Shown: one piece after another, positions 24,557 through 35,642 of the stretch
Position numbering within the stretch: the stretch's first letter is position 1
Layout of the letters: each line of letters starts with the position of its first letter
Assembly: GCF_902459465.1 (NCBI RefSeq)
Contig: NC_047074.1
Location: 2,046,001 to 2,110,000 of the forward strand
Direction: 5' to 3'
Source of the DNA: Asterias rubens
Lineage: Eukaryota
DNA: 64,000 nt
Made by a program: the position numbers and the translations under genes
The notes under the pieces: model-generated
Told to the model about the DNA's origin: nothing
Databases searched by the model: none
What the model saw: the letters and a program-made list of their open reading frames with translations, nothing else

Positions 24557-27500
24557 CTACATGAATGGGTTTGTCGAGCGCTGTTGTTGTTGTTGTTGTT
24601 GTTGTTGTTGCTGCTGCTGACCGCCAAAGCTGTCCGTCTGTCCCTATTGAGTAAAACCAATACAAAAATATAATCAAATGAATGTATGACGCCATGTTTT
24701 GATTTGCTTTGTATTTCTCAACAGATGTGTTTGATGACACACATCTGAGATAATAATATTACTATGAGATTCCTGGGTGTTGGACAGTTTTTCATCAGCT
24801 GTCTAAGACTGTGTTTTGTTTGGAAATATAATCTTAATTAATTTTAGTGGAAATAGGAAGTGCCAAACATGACTCTTGAAAAGGGGAAAGTCATTTTCCG
24901 TCAGTAAGGCACACTTCTAGGAGGAAAATGTATGAAAGTTTTGTACCGGAACTTGGCGAAGGGCACCACTGCAATTGGTTTTTGAGTCGGTGTGTAAATG
25001 TAACTTCAATTGACTATTTTGTTTGTGATGGGTACCATTAATACATTTTAAACAATCCTGTGTTTAAAATCCGAGCTTCTAAGACTTCGTGGGGGCATGT
25101 AAAATGCAGAGGAGCCTGATGGGCTACTTTACTAAACGCCACAGCGCAAGGCCTGAAGGTGTTCAAAACTTACCATGAATGGATTGGATTGCTGTTGTGG
25201 CCATCCTCCTTGTGTAGGGGCACCGAACCCAGTTGCCCCCGTTGCATTCTGTGCCTGTCCCATGCCTCCAGGTGCTCCATAACCAGCTCCCGTCGGATGC
25301 GCCATACCCATGGGCTGCTGCACCATGTTCATTCCCTGCTGGGGTGTCGCCCCGAAACCCGCCTGCATGCCACCTCCAAAACCACCGCCGTACCCCGGTG
25401 TACCTCCAAGTCCCATTTGGGCGCCCGCTCCGCCCCCGAATCCGGGCTTTACGGCTCCTCCCACCGGAGCTCCACCCTGTGCCATGAAACCTCCTTGGTG
25501 CTGCATCCCAAACCCACCCCCTTGTGACACTGCCGACATACCCGGTACCCCTGTACCCATCTGTCCTGACGCCACGCCTCCATGCATGGGTGCCACACCA
25601 CCCTGCATGGGTGCCACGCCCCCGTAGCCTCCTTGGGTGGGAAAGCCCCCAGGTTGGGCTTGCATTTGGTAGGCACCCCCATTCATCATGCCCCCTGGTG
25701 CCGGGGTAGCCCCTGTGCCGCTACTGAAAGCCCCGAAACCGCTACTTTGGGGGGGTTGTTGAAGGTCGCCGAATCCACTTCCTTGGGGAACTACTTGGTG
25801 GGCGCCGAAGGCTCCCATATTGCCTGTGTTGACTGGCTGTGCAGTTGTTTGTCCAAACATTGACGATGCTGTTGACTGGCCACCAAATGGATTAGCTCCT
25901 GTAAACAACAACAAATTGAGTAATAACCAAAAGTGTCCAGTGCTTGTAAGGAAAGTACACTTCAACATTGCTGTTATAGACTCAGGAATTGCTCCCAAGT
26001 GGCTGAGTATGAATATAAACTTACCCGATGGCATCCCGCTTGACATGAGCCCTACTCCACTACTAGTAGGTGGCTGCTTGATGTTTGTGTTGCTTCCTGG
26101 TCCCCAATCGATGCCTCCCCCACTTAGGACATTAGCTCCTCCCCCTGCTCCGGCCTTACTCGCTCCTCCACCACTCCAATCCACCACACCACTGGAGGAT
26201 GAGCCTCCAGTCCAGTTGACGCTATTCCCGGTCGAGACGGACGGGACCTCTGTCCCCAGCGTGTTGAACGCTGCGTATTTGTCGCCGGATGAGCTGATTG
26301 GTTGACTGGCGGTGGAAGCTGGGGTGGATATGCTGAGGTTGAAAAGGGACTGCGCCGTTTGACCCACACTGGCTGCAGGAACTGGTGTCGGAGCTGCGCC
26401 AAACGAAGCAAAGTTACCAGCGGCGGGCTGAGATGGTGCCGTCGTGCCGAACGCGTTGAAGCTTGCGTTGTTTGGTTGGGAGGGGGCCGAGCTGAATGCA
26501 TTGAAACTGCCGCTCACTGCTGCCGGGGCAACGGCTTGGGGAGTGGCGGTGGCGAAAGTGGTGCCAGAACCAGACTGAGGTGGATTTGAGCCGAACGCGT
26601 TGAAATTGTTTGAGGAACCGAATGGATCAAATGTAGCTGGTTGACTAGCTGTTAAGATAAAAAAATGAAATAAAATTGGTATGAAGGTCCGCTCATCTCG
26701 GAATATAAAAACCGATCATTATTATTATGACAAGTGACTGTGTTGGGTTTGGATGGAGTATGGGGTTTCAGTGTTGATGAACGATCACGAGAATCGTTAT
26801 TATGAGCTTACCTTGTGTGGGTGGCTGACTTGAAAATGCCTGGCCGAAATTTGCGAAGCCTCCAGGAGCTGAAATGTTAAAATCAAAGTTCAAATGCAGC
26901 ATCTGTATTTAATTTTGTTCATCACTTTTCATTCAATTGTCTTTTTTGACGCCTTTTTATTTTTCAATGAGCTTTTCAATGGGTCTGATTGATATTTATA
27001 TGGAACAATTCTCCAAAGTAAATTTTTTTGTTGGATTTCCGTTGGACAGTATTTTGATGAGAGACATAGTTTTAGTAAGCATTTTGTGCTTAACAACTTT
27101 TAGTGCTTTAAGCAGCTCTATGAAATTAGGCCTAGGTCTCTAAGAGAATTGCGATTGAAGCGACTCATATAAAAATAAATTAATGGGTTCTATCTACCTC
27201 CAGCTTGGGCTGATGCCTGTGGCTGGCTGAACGGGTCCCCGCCCAGGTCCCCTAAGAGGTCCATGGCTGAGCGACCGGACTCAGCGCTGGGTACTGAAGT
27301 AGGTGGTTTGTACTGGGCCTGAAGGGCGGGACCGGCCACAGCGCCCGGCATCGGGATCGAGATGGCACTCTTCACCGCTGGCTTGGAGGTAACGGGCGAC
27401 GATGACGAAGAGGATGATGTCTGTTGATGAAGAAAGTGTTAAAAAGAATCTGGTAACCAGCCAAAAGTCTGTTAAAGTTTACACTGTTTTGACCGGTGCC

Positions 27501-29618
27501 CCACTCATGTTTTGCTTTGTGTAGGAATTTCCAAAGCAGAATTTTTTGCTTAAAAGGCAATGGACAGTATTGGTAGTTACTACAAAATAGTTGTTGCATT
27601 AAAACTTGCCTGGTAATAAACAATGGAGAGCTGTTGATAGTATGAAATATGGTGAGGAACGGCTCCCTATGAAGTAACATAGATTTCGAGAAACATAGTT
27701 TTAGTTCAAGAGTTCACTAAAAACCCATCTGCTGAGCATGCGACTTCCAAACATGTCTCCTGCCAGTTGTTCCACTTCATCTTGTGAACTCTTGTAAAAT
27801 ATTGTGTAGTTTAAGAATTGTTGATAAATTAGATTCATGCCTGTGTACAGCACATTGGGGTCTTGCCGTAGATGGAATGCGCTTTACAAAAATGATATAT
27901 TATTATTACTATTTAGAGTTCTTACTGGTTTAGGGGAGTCATTTCTTGCCACCTGTTTGAGTGGTTTAACCTCCGGCGTACTGTTGCTACTACTATTGTT
28001 GAGTTTCACCTGACTAGGCGGGATGTACCATCGTTTTCTCTCATATTTCTGGACCATGTAATCCCGGACTTTCTGCTCGTCTTTGGATTCCAATGAGGAG
28101 GTTCTGGAATTCTCGAGGCCGAGCCACGATTGTCTGCAAAACTATATTATTAGATAAACAAATTTGAAATACATTTATTTTTGTTTTACCCATACAAAGA
28201 TGTGTTAGCACTGTATTCTTTCCCGAGTTCTATGGAAACAAAAACACAGGCATATTACTCAGGTGGGATTCAAACTTTCGTATTTGGAAGGGCAAGGGCA
28301 CCGAGGCATTTTCTCCTTGGTAAAGGGCACCCTATGAGGAAACTGTAAATTTCAACTGATAGCATTTCAAGGGCACCAAGGCAATGACCAGTGGGCATGG
28401 AGGCAATGACACTTTATTGCCTTCGTGAAGTAGGCCCTATCAGACCTGTAATTTTCCAATCACTTTGACTTTTAAAGTCACTGTCAACGAGACATCATTT
28501 TTTTCTCTAACAATCACCTCATTCCCGTGGTTTTCCAAGAACTCAATTTCTTGAGATGTGAACGTCGTCATGGAGATAGACTTCACACGGTGGGGAGGAT
28601 TTAATCCGCGTCTGTTGGAGGAAAAACAAACTTGTCACTAAAACTTTGAAAAGCTTTCATTTTTTTTTTATGAACTTTGTTGTTATCAATACAAAATATT
28701 AGGCCCAGATGCAACTTTTCTACCCAAAAGGCCACAGCTCTATCACAGGTGCTGACATGTGACAAGAAACTGACAATGCAATCAATTGTCATTCATTGCC
28801 ATTTCATTTCTTCATGTCTGGTACACTCAACTACAATGCATACAAGTCTTCATTTTCCTTGAAATTAGCGCTCACAATATACCAACACAAATACTCCATG
28901 AAATTTCCACTATAGTTAACACGTACTATTATCAATGATAATATACCAGTAACAGCCAACTTTTTAACTACATTTTTTACTTTTAAAAAAATTAAAAAAA
29001 ATAAATCAGCAGTTTTTCAGATATCAGAAAATCTCACATGTTTGAATTTTGCCATAAATATAGGTTTGCCTACTCTATTATTGCAAAGTAATGTATTACA
29101 ATGCAGAAGAAAGTGTGGGCTCTACAATACAATAGTTTTTATAATGTTGCAGGCAGTGCCAGTATAGTATCGGTGCTGTTTATTTTGTATAAATCTGTCA
29201 GTTTCTGATTGAAATAACGTTACGTACACAACATTTTGTACCTAAAACCACGGGGGATAACTAGTACTGGAGCATGCCTAAATAATTCACCATTATCCCG
29301 CTTTGAGCGGTCTCTGTGGGTTTGGTTGGTTATTTATAATTATTCTATCGGTACAAAATGATGACTAACAACACAAATTACATGCATGAAATACGTGTAG
29401 AAAACAACGTGTGGCCCAACCCTCCCCGAACCGGCATCAAAAATCGCCCTGACTTACAATATTCCGCTGCATCGAGTACACACGAAGGAGCCCACTGTCA
29501 TGTTGACATATGTGGGACCCCTCTGCTCGCAGTCGAAGCATTTCTTGTTGTCTGGTTTGGACCCAAGCTCCCGAAGAAGTTTCAAATGTTTATCGTCCTG
29601 CTTCCGCTTGGCAGCCAT
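24557..29618 (-). CDS. AGFG1: Arf-GAP domain and FG repeat-containing protein (AGFG1/HRB/drongo ortholog), 8 coding exons, about 728 aa
   Basis: Exons (minus) 29618-29458, 28611-28518, 28141-27926, 27420-27198, 26868-26812, 26648-26025, 25898-25174, 24643-24557 (2187 nt). ArfGAP MAAKRKQDDKHLKLLRELGSKPDNKKCFDCEQRGPTYVNMTVGSFVCTRCSGILRGLNPPHRVKSISMTTF; KYERKRWY; FG-rich region; three NPF motifs, ending STNPFM*. An upstream non-coding exon is implied by the acceptor at 29636. Confidence 0.96.
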
Positions 29619-31464
29619 GTTGGATGGGGCTGTGGCCTGAAATGACCTGGACGTTGGTGGCGCTATACCTTATTAACAATCGATGAGTCAACTATTAAAC
29701 AAAAGCGCCGGTGGGTTCAAAGGCACGATGAAAAAGAAGTTAAAACAATGGTTACCCGGCAAAATGCCAGTTAAAAGAGGGGGTGGGGTGGGCGCTGAAA
29801 TTCTATTCTTGAACCTCACATTATGGAAAGTTTTCATGTCTTGTCGAGTAGACAACAAGTGGACACTGTTGATGTACTAAAAGAATTTTATTAGCATTAA
29901 TAAAGGCAGTGGACACTATTGGTAATTTTTTATTACTGAAAAAAAAAATCCGCATAAAAACTTACTTGGTTACAAGTATAAATGGAGAGCTGTTGAGAGT
30001 ATAAAACATTGTGAGAAACAGCTCCCTCTGAATTGAAGTAACGTAGTTTCGAGGGAGTAAGAATTGTCCGCGGATATGATTATTTTGATTTCGAGACCTC
30101 GGATAATATAGAATTTTGAGGTCTCGAAATCAAGCATCTGAAAGCACACGACTTGGTGTACGATGTGTAACAAGGGTGTTTTTTCTTTCATTGTTACTTA
30201 TCTCGCAACTTCGTCGACTGACAGTTATTATTAATAAAGTTTGGGAAATAATCTTCTTAACGGTCGCACACAACGTAGGTCTGATCATGGAGGTAGAATT
30301 AGATCATGGTCTGATTGTGGATCGATCATCCCCATGGTGGCCAATGGTCCATTCCTCCATGATGCAAGCTACTAGTATCGGGTTGTTGTTCTGGCGCGAG
30401 GTGCAAACGTAAAGGCCTATTTATAACTGACCACCGCTGTGTGGACGAATTCGAGATGGACTTTACCCCAGTGTTTTGGTCTGAAAATATTCCATGCCAG
30501 TGGGTAATGAACCTGCCCATGTCAACTGGTTCACCGAGTACAACAGTTACGGAAATCGTTGGTGGTAAGTGAACTATGTTTTTCTTATTCTCCCGCCGTC
30601 AATAATGTCATCAATTTCACGGCGGTCTTTTGGGGCCGGACTGACCAATGCTCCGTGGATGTATTGTGCAGCGTTGCGCACGACTAGTCTTTGTACTCAT
30701 AAACTTTGTGATGATAACAGGTCTTTGCCATCCTCACAAATTAAATAATTTCTTATTTCTTTTTAAGGATTTTTTTTTTCGATTAAGAAGAACAAAAAAC
30801 ATCCATTTTGAAAGCACACGACGACAGTACAAAAATTAATGTGCGGACCGGAGCATGGTCAGACCATGGAGCATGGTCAGATGGTCAGTCGTAGTTCTTC
30901 ATTATGGTCATCATGTCAACATTATTTACATGTATAGCAAGAAAGTGTCCATAGTGTATAAGTATCAGTCTTAGACGAAGGAAGGAAAAACTAGCACTAA
31001 GAAAACCCTATCAACTGCCATTGTGCCGTGTTTTCATTTTACATACACGACACAATACACCTCGCACCATCACTGCATCCATCTGCTCTGACCCAGCTTC
31101 TTTGTTGCAACTTCTTTTATGGATTCGTATGCAACTTTCACTTCATCCACGTACAGTATTAATATCTTTGTTAAATTTTCAGTCAATCATGTTTACAAAT
31201 TGTATGATTTAGGCGTACAGAATTGTAATTATTTGTCACTTCTGTTTCAAAGTTTTCACTTGCGTGAGAATGAAACTGGTATCCTGGTATAGAGAATGAA
31301 ACTGGTATCCTGGTAGAGAGACCGTCTTATGGTGTTTGTATTGTGCGGCCCATGCTTAATCCGCCTATTGTTGGAGTCCACTTCTGATGTAACCCCATCG
31401 ATCTCAATAAATAATATGCGCCATGAGGGAAGGAGGCCAAAGAAGGGGTGCACTCTTCTTTTTT

Positions 31465-31556
31465 TCTTTCATGTTTAGTTGTGATAACGCAACCCTCCTC
31501 CCTAATGCAACCCTCCCCCGACGGCGAAACGGGAGGAGGGTTACGTTATCGCTACT
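31465..31556. repeat. Short hairpin element near the inferred AGFG1/TIGD divergent promoter
   Basis: GATAACGCAACCCTCCTCCC ... GGGAGGAGGGTTACGTTATC inverted arms. Confidence 0.6.
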
Positions 31557-31827
31557 ATAGGGGGGCACTTCCTGGGAGTCAGATTAAATTGCGAGGTTCT
31601 TATTCTTATTGTTATTATTTATTTGGCCATTAAACAATAACAATATACAAGCAGACAGTATGTAAAATAAATAATATAAAAAACCCAAAAGTAAATACAA
31701 AGCAAGACAAACAGTAAGGGCACAGGACATTACAAAACAACCCTAATGTGATGGCCAGGATCAACAAAAGTTCATGCATCAGTAATTCGTTTTAAAGAGC
31801 CTTTCAACTTAAAAGCATCAGACACTA

Positions 31828-31980
31828 TAGACCTTTTCGCAAATACCGGGGCGCGCGCGTAACGCTTGGAATTAGGTGCATTGTGGTCTTGCTGGTATCC
31901 AAATTTGATCCATATCTATCCCACAATGCACTTCATTCAACAGTCTGCGCTTGCGCATTGGTATTTGCGATAGGGTCTAT
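31828..31980. mobile_element. Palindromic MITE
   Basis: ATAGACCTTTTCGCAAATACC ... GGTATTTGCGATAGGGTCTAT. Confidence 0.65.
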
Positions 31981-32614
31981 GTGATTACTCAAAAAAGGGA
32001 CGAGTATAATTTACTTGGTAACGAGTATGGAGACTGTTGAAAACATTGTATAGAACGGCTCTAACGTAGTTTTGAGAAAGGGGGTAATATTTTCTCACAA
32101 AAGTCAACAGGCGGGTCTCAAAGCACACACACTTATAATGAATCCGATTTGATCAGAATATTCGAAATAATTCCAGTGGTCTTTTTATATCCCAAGTAAG
32201 TTTCTATTGTCATCATTAAAATTAAATGTTCCTTCCTCCAGAGTGTAATCATGGAAGTGTCACCGCGTGTGCGTCTCTCTTAAAATTATAGCTTGCTCGC
32301 TGAAACAAACCCCCAAGTAGTATTTTCTTTTGGAAGTTTACAAGATCTTTGCCTACCTATCCCCCCGTCTCACTTTGCACCCACGGCCCCTCCCCCACCA
32401 CACAAGAACATAATTAAAGGACGCCCTCTGCCGTTTGAAAGATTTCTGATTGTCTAGTGTCTTGTATCAATTACATTCCGATGCGAAGTTTAGTCTTGTG
32501 TTACCTGACTATTCCAATATGCAAAGTGTACAGTGTTTACATCTTGCATTTTGTACGGACTGCTGAGGCTGAGGACATTTTTGCTGCTGAAAGTTGGAGG
32601 GAGGGTGTTTCAAA

Positions 32615-34952
32615 ATGTATAAACAACGCAAGGGTCTTTCGCTGGTACAGAAGGTTTACGTCATCCGCGAGACCGAACAGGGACAAAGCTCTCGGCGTCT
32701 CGCCAGAGAACTTGGAGTTGGCAAAACACAAATCTGTAACATTCTCAAACGAAAGACCGAGTACCTCGCCATTTTCAACAGTGATGGACCGGAGGCTAGG
32801 TGCCGTAAAGTCCGCAAAACGGGTAACGAGGAGCTTAATAAGTTAATGCATGCATGGTACCAAACATGCCAAAACACCAAGAGTATGAAAGCGCCAATTT
32901 CTGGCCCCATCATCAAGTCAAAAGCGCTCGATTACGCCGGGCAGCTTGGACTTGAGATGTTCACGGCTTCCAACGGTTGGCTGGAATCATTCCGGAAGCA
33001 CCACAATATCTTAGCTGGAGTTCAGAGCAGCGTGGAGGATTCGTCAACTTCAAACGATGTCACGATCAAAGAATGGGAGAGTCTTTTGCTTCGCATCTGT
33101 CAAGGATATCGGCCCGCAGATATCTGGACCTTGGATGAGACGAGTTTTTACTTTAAGGCGCTTCCTGCGGAGTGTGTTTCGCTGGGAGCGGAACAGTGTG
33201 AGGAAGGGCAAAGGGCTGAGGAGAGACTTACTTTGGGAATGTGCTGCAGTATGACTGGAGAAAAGGTAATTCGCTGAATACTCCGTAAATACTCAGAAGT
33301 TTTTGACTTTCCATTTTGTCATAAATTTATAATTATAATAAAAATTTTGAGTTTGAATGAATATTTTTGTTGGGCCATATCTACTATAAATCATGCTCTT
33401 TTCGAGAGCACTTTAGATACTATAGGGGCCCTCCGAAAAGTGCATTAAAAAGAAAAATTAGTATTAAAAGAGAAAGGTGAAACAGGCCAGAAAGAAGAGG
33501 TAGCCCAGACTATTGACTATTAGGCTTAGTGTTTAATTTCAGCTATGATGTAATCTGTATTCCATTATAAAAATAGTAATGTTTTTCTGGATGTTTGATT
33601 TTGAAACTTATTAATTTTTAGGAAAAGCTTCTTCTCATCGGTCATCCTGGCAAATCAAACCATCCCTTTGAGGCGCTGAGGCCGAACGAGCTTCCCCTGA
33701 AGTGGTGCTCCAACAAACGAGTGTGGATGACCGCACAGACCTTCGAGGAAGAGTTGAGGGACTTGGACCAATCAATGCAGAGTCAGACGAGAAAGATTAT
33801 CCTCTTTCTTAGTGACACAATGTGTCATCCAAACATCCCACTCAGCAACATCAGGTTACAATACTTCCCTCCAAGTGTGTTGTCGAAATTACAGCTGCTT
33901 GGACGAGGGGTATTCAGAGAGGTGAAGGCCCACTATCGCAACATTCTCCTGGAATATGTTCTCAGCATGAAGCGGGGCATGGTGACCTATCAACAAATTG
34001 CGAGACGAATAACACCCCTGGATGCTATGTATTGGATTGAGAAGGCGTGGAACAAGACAAGTGCAGGAGTTATCAATCAATGTTTTGCCGCAAGTGGTTT
34101 CAAAAACCTCGGGTAAGAAACATAGTGTATTGATTTTCTTTTCGGAGAAGATTTTTATTTTAGAAAAGTATTTTTTCCCCATGATTCTCCCTGACACTTT
34201 TTAATGGTCCGCTGGCCAAATAATGGAATTTTAAAGACAATTGAACATCTCTTAAAGTGGTCCAGCTTTCTTGTTTAAAGTATGCTATAAAATATGGAAT
34301 AAGTGGACCAGCTGGGGAACTGTGAAATCAACAATCTTGGACAAAGAGTTCATGACAGGCAGGCCTGTTTGCTGCTTTGTTTTGAAAGGGCTATGGCACA
34401 AATACATTTTCTCATTGGTAGCAAGCTAGGCCTACTGCACCCTTTGAGGAAATTTCAAAATTCGATTGGAGCATTTAAAGGCACCAAGGCAGTGACCAGA
34501 GGCAGGTAATTGGCCTGATTTTCAACGATTATTTTTCTTTCTTTATTTTCAGAGTCATTGAGATCAAAGAAACATGCTCGGCAACAGAGAATTTCGACCA
34601 GGTAGGGGAGACGCTGTTAACACATTTCAGGTCAGGGCAGTCGGGAGATCATCCGGAGTGGAAAGACTTTGTGTCTTTCGACGATAATGTGGCCACATAT
34701 GACCAAGCAGTTGGAGATTCGGAGCCACGGCTTGTAGAGGATTGTGTCAGCTTGACAACTCGGAAATTGATTCCAGATATGGTGTATGAAGAGTGCCAAC
34801 CAGACGCAGCCCAGTTACTGTTTTCTCTCAATCAGAGTCGGGCGTATGCCTTACGGAACGGCGACGCCCATATGATGGGGCTCGTCATGGACCTTCGGAC
34901 CCACCTTAGCCGGGTGGCATGTCGGAGTCACTCTCTGACAGACCCTCTCTGA
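32615..34952 (+). CDS. Tigger/pogo transposable element-derived protein (CENP-B/TIGD family), domesticated; 3 exons, about 513 aa
   Basis: Exons 32615-33265, 33622-34112, 34553-34952 (1542 nt, phases 0/2). Two N-terminal HTH domains (RKGLSLVQKV..RRLARELGVGKTQICNILKRK; ISGPIIKSKA..FTASNGWLESFRKHHNI), DDE_1 domain (WTLDETSFYF; KRVWMT; LDAMYWIEKAW) and acidic C-terminal motif (FVSFDDNVAT). No TIRs seen. Confidence 0.9.
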
Positions 34953-35642
34953 CAACGAACATTCAAAGGATTTTCAGGATTTTTATTGACTTCTGACCAC
35001 ACTGTTTGGTTTTTACCAGTTACTTGTATAGAACCCAATGGATGGGGGAAAAAGTGTTTTCAGTTTGAGACATTTGAATAATTATTTTCACAATGTACTT
35101 CTTAAAGTTGAACATATGGAATGTTCCACTCAACTCGGCTCCACCTCTTTAAAAAGAACATTTTCATCTTTCAACTCCAGAAAATATTCGCAACATGCAC
35201 TCATAAACATTCTTTACTACATGTAATTACTTTTTATTGTCAACTGTTGGCATAAAAATAAATGGATGATTTGTTAATAATCTAGTCTCAATCCAGAATT
35301 TTCATTTGTCAGTGCTTTTTGAAGTTCCAGTTCTCTCTGGTTGCTTGGAGATTTCTGTGGATTGAACAAAAAAGATTTGTATGCAATTCGCCAGACACAA
35401 AGAGCCTAAAGGCCACTTCAAGGTGTGGACTACACCTACTTCTAGACGAAAATGGGGTCACCCCTCTACGGTATCATCATCACCCATCAGATGCCTGGCT
35501 GGCAGAGCCGAAAGCACTACCTATCCAACTTTTCAAAGGCAATCATGGTTATAAAAAAGTGTCTTGCTTCAGGACACAAGTCTGACAATTGCTGAATTAG
35601 TTTTCAAGCACTTCTTCTCGAATTGTTTCTTCATAGATGTAG

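Noticed and set aside
25159-26589. Plus-strand ORFs opposite AGFG1
   Set aside because: Antisense shadows of a GC-rich Gly/Pro-rich coding region
30240-30570. Exon-like GC-richer segment with a GGTG|GTAAGT donor in the AGFG1 5' intron
   Set aside because: No recognisable protein in any frame and no partner exons found
32615-34952. Active pogo transposon
   Set aside because: Spliceosomal introns, two of three catalytic Asp motifs altered, and no TIRs or TA-flanked ends
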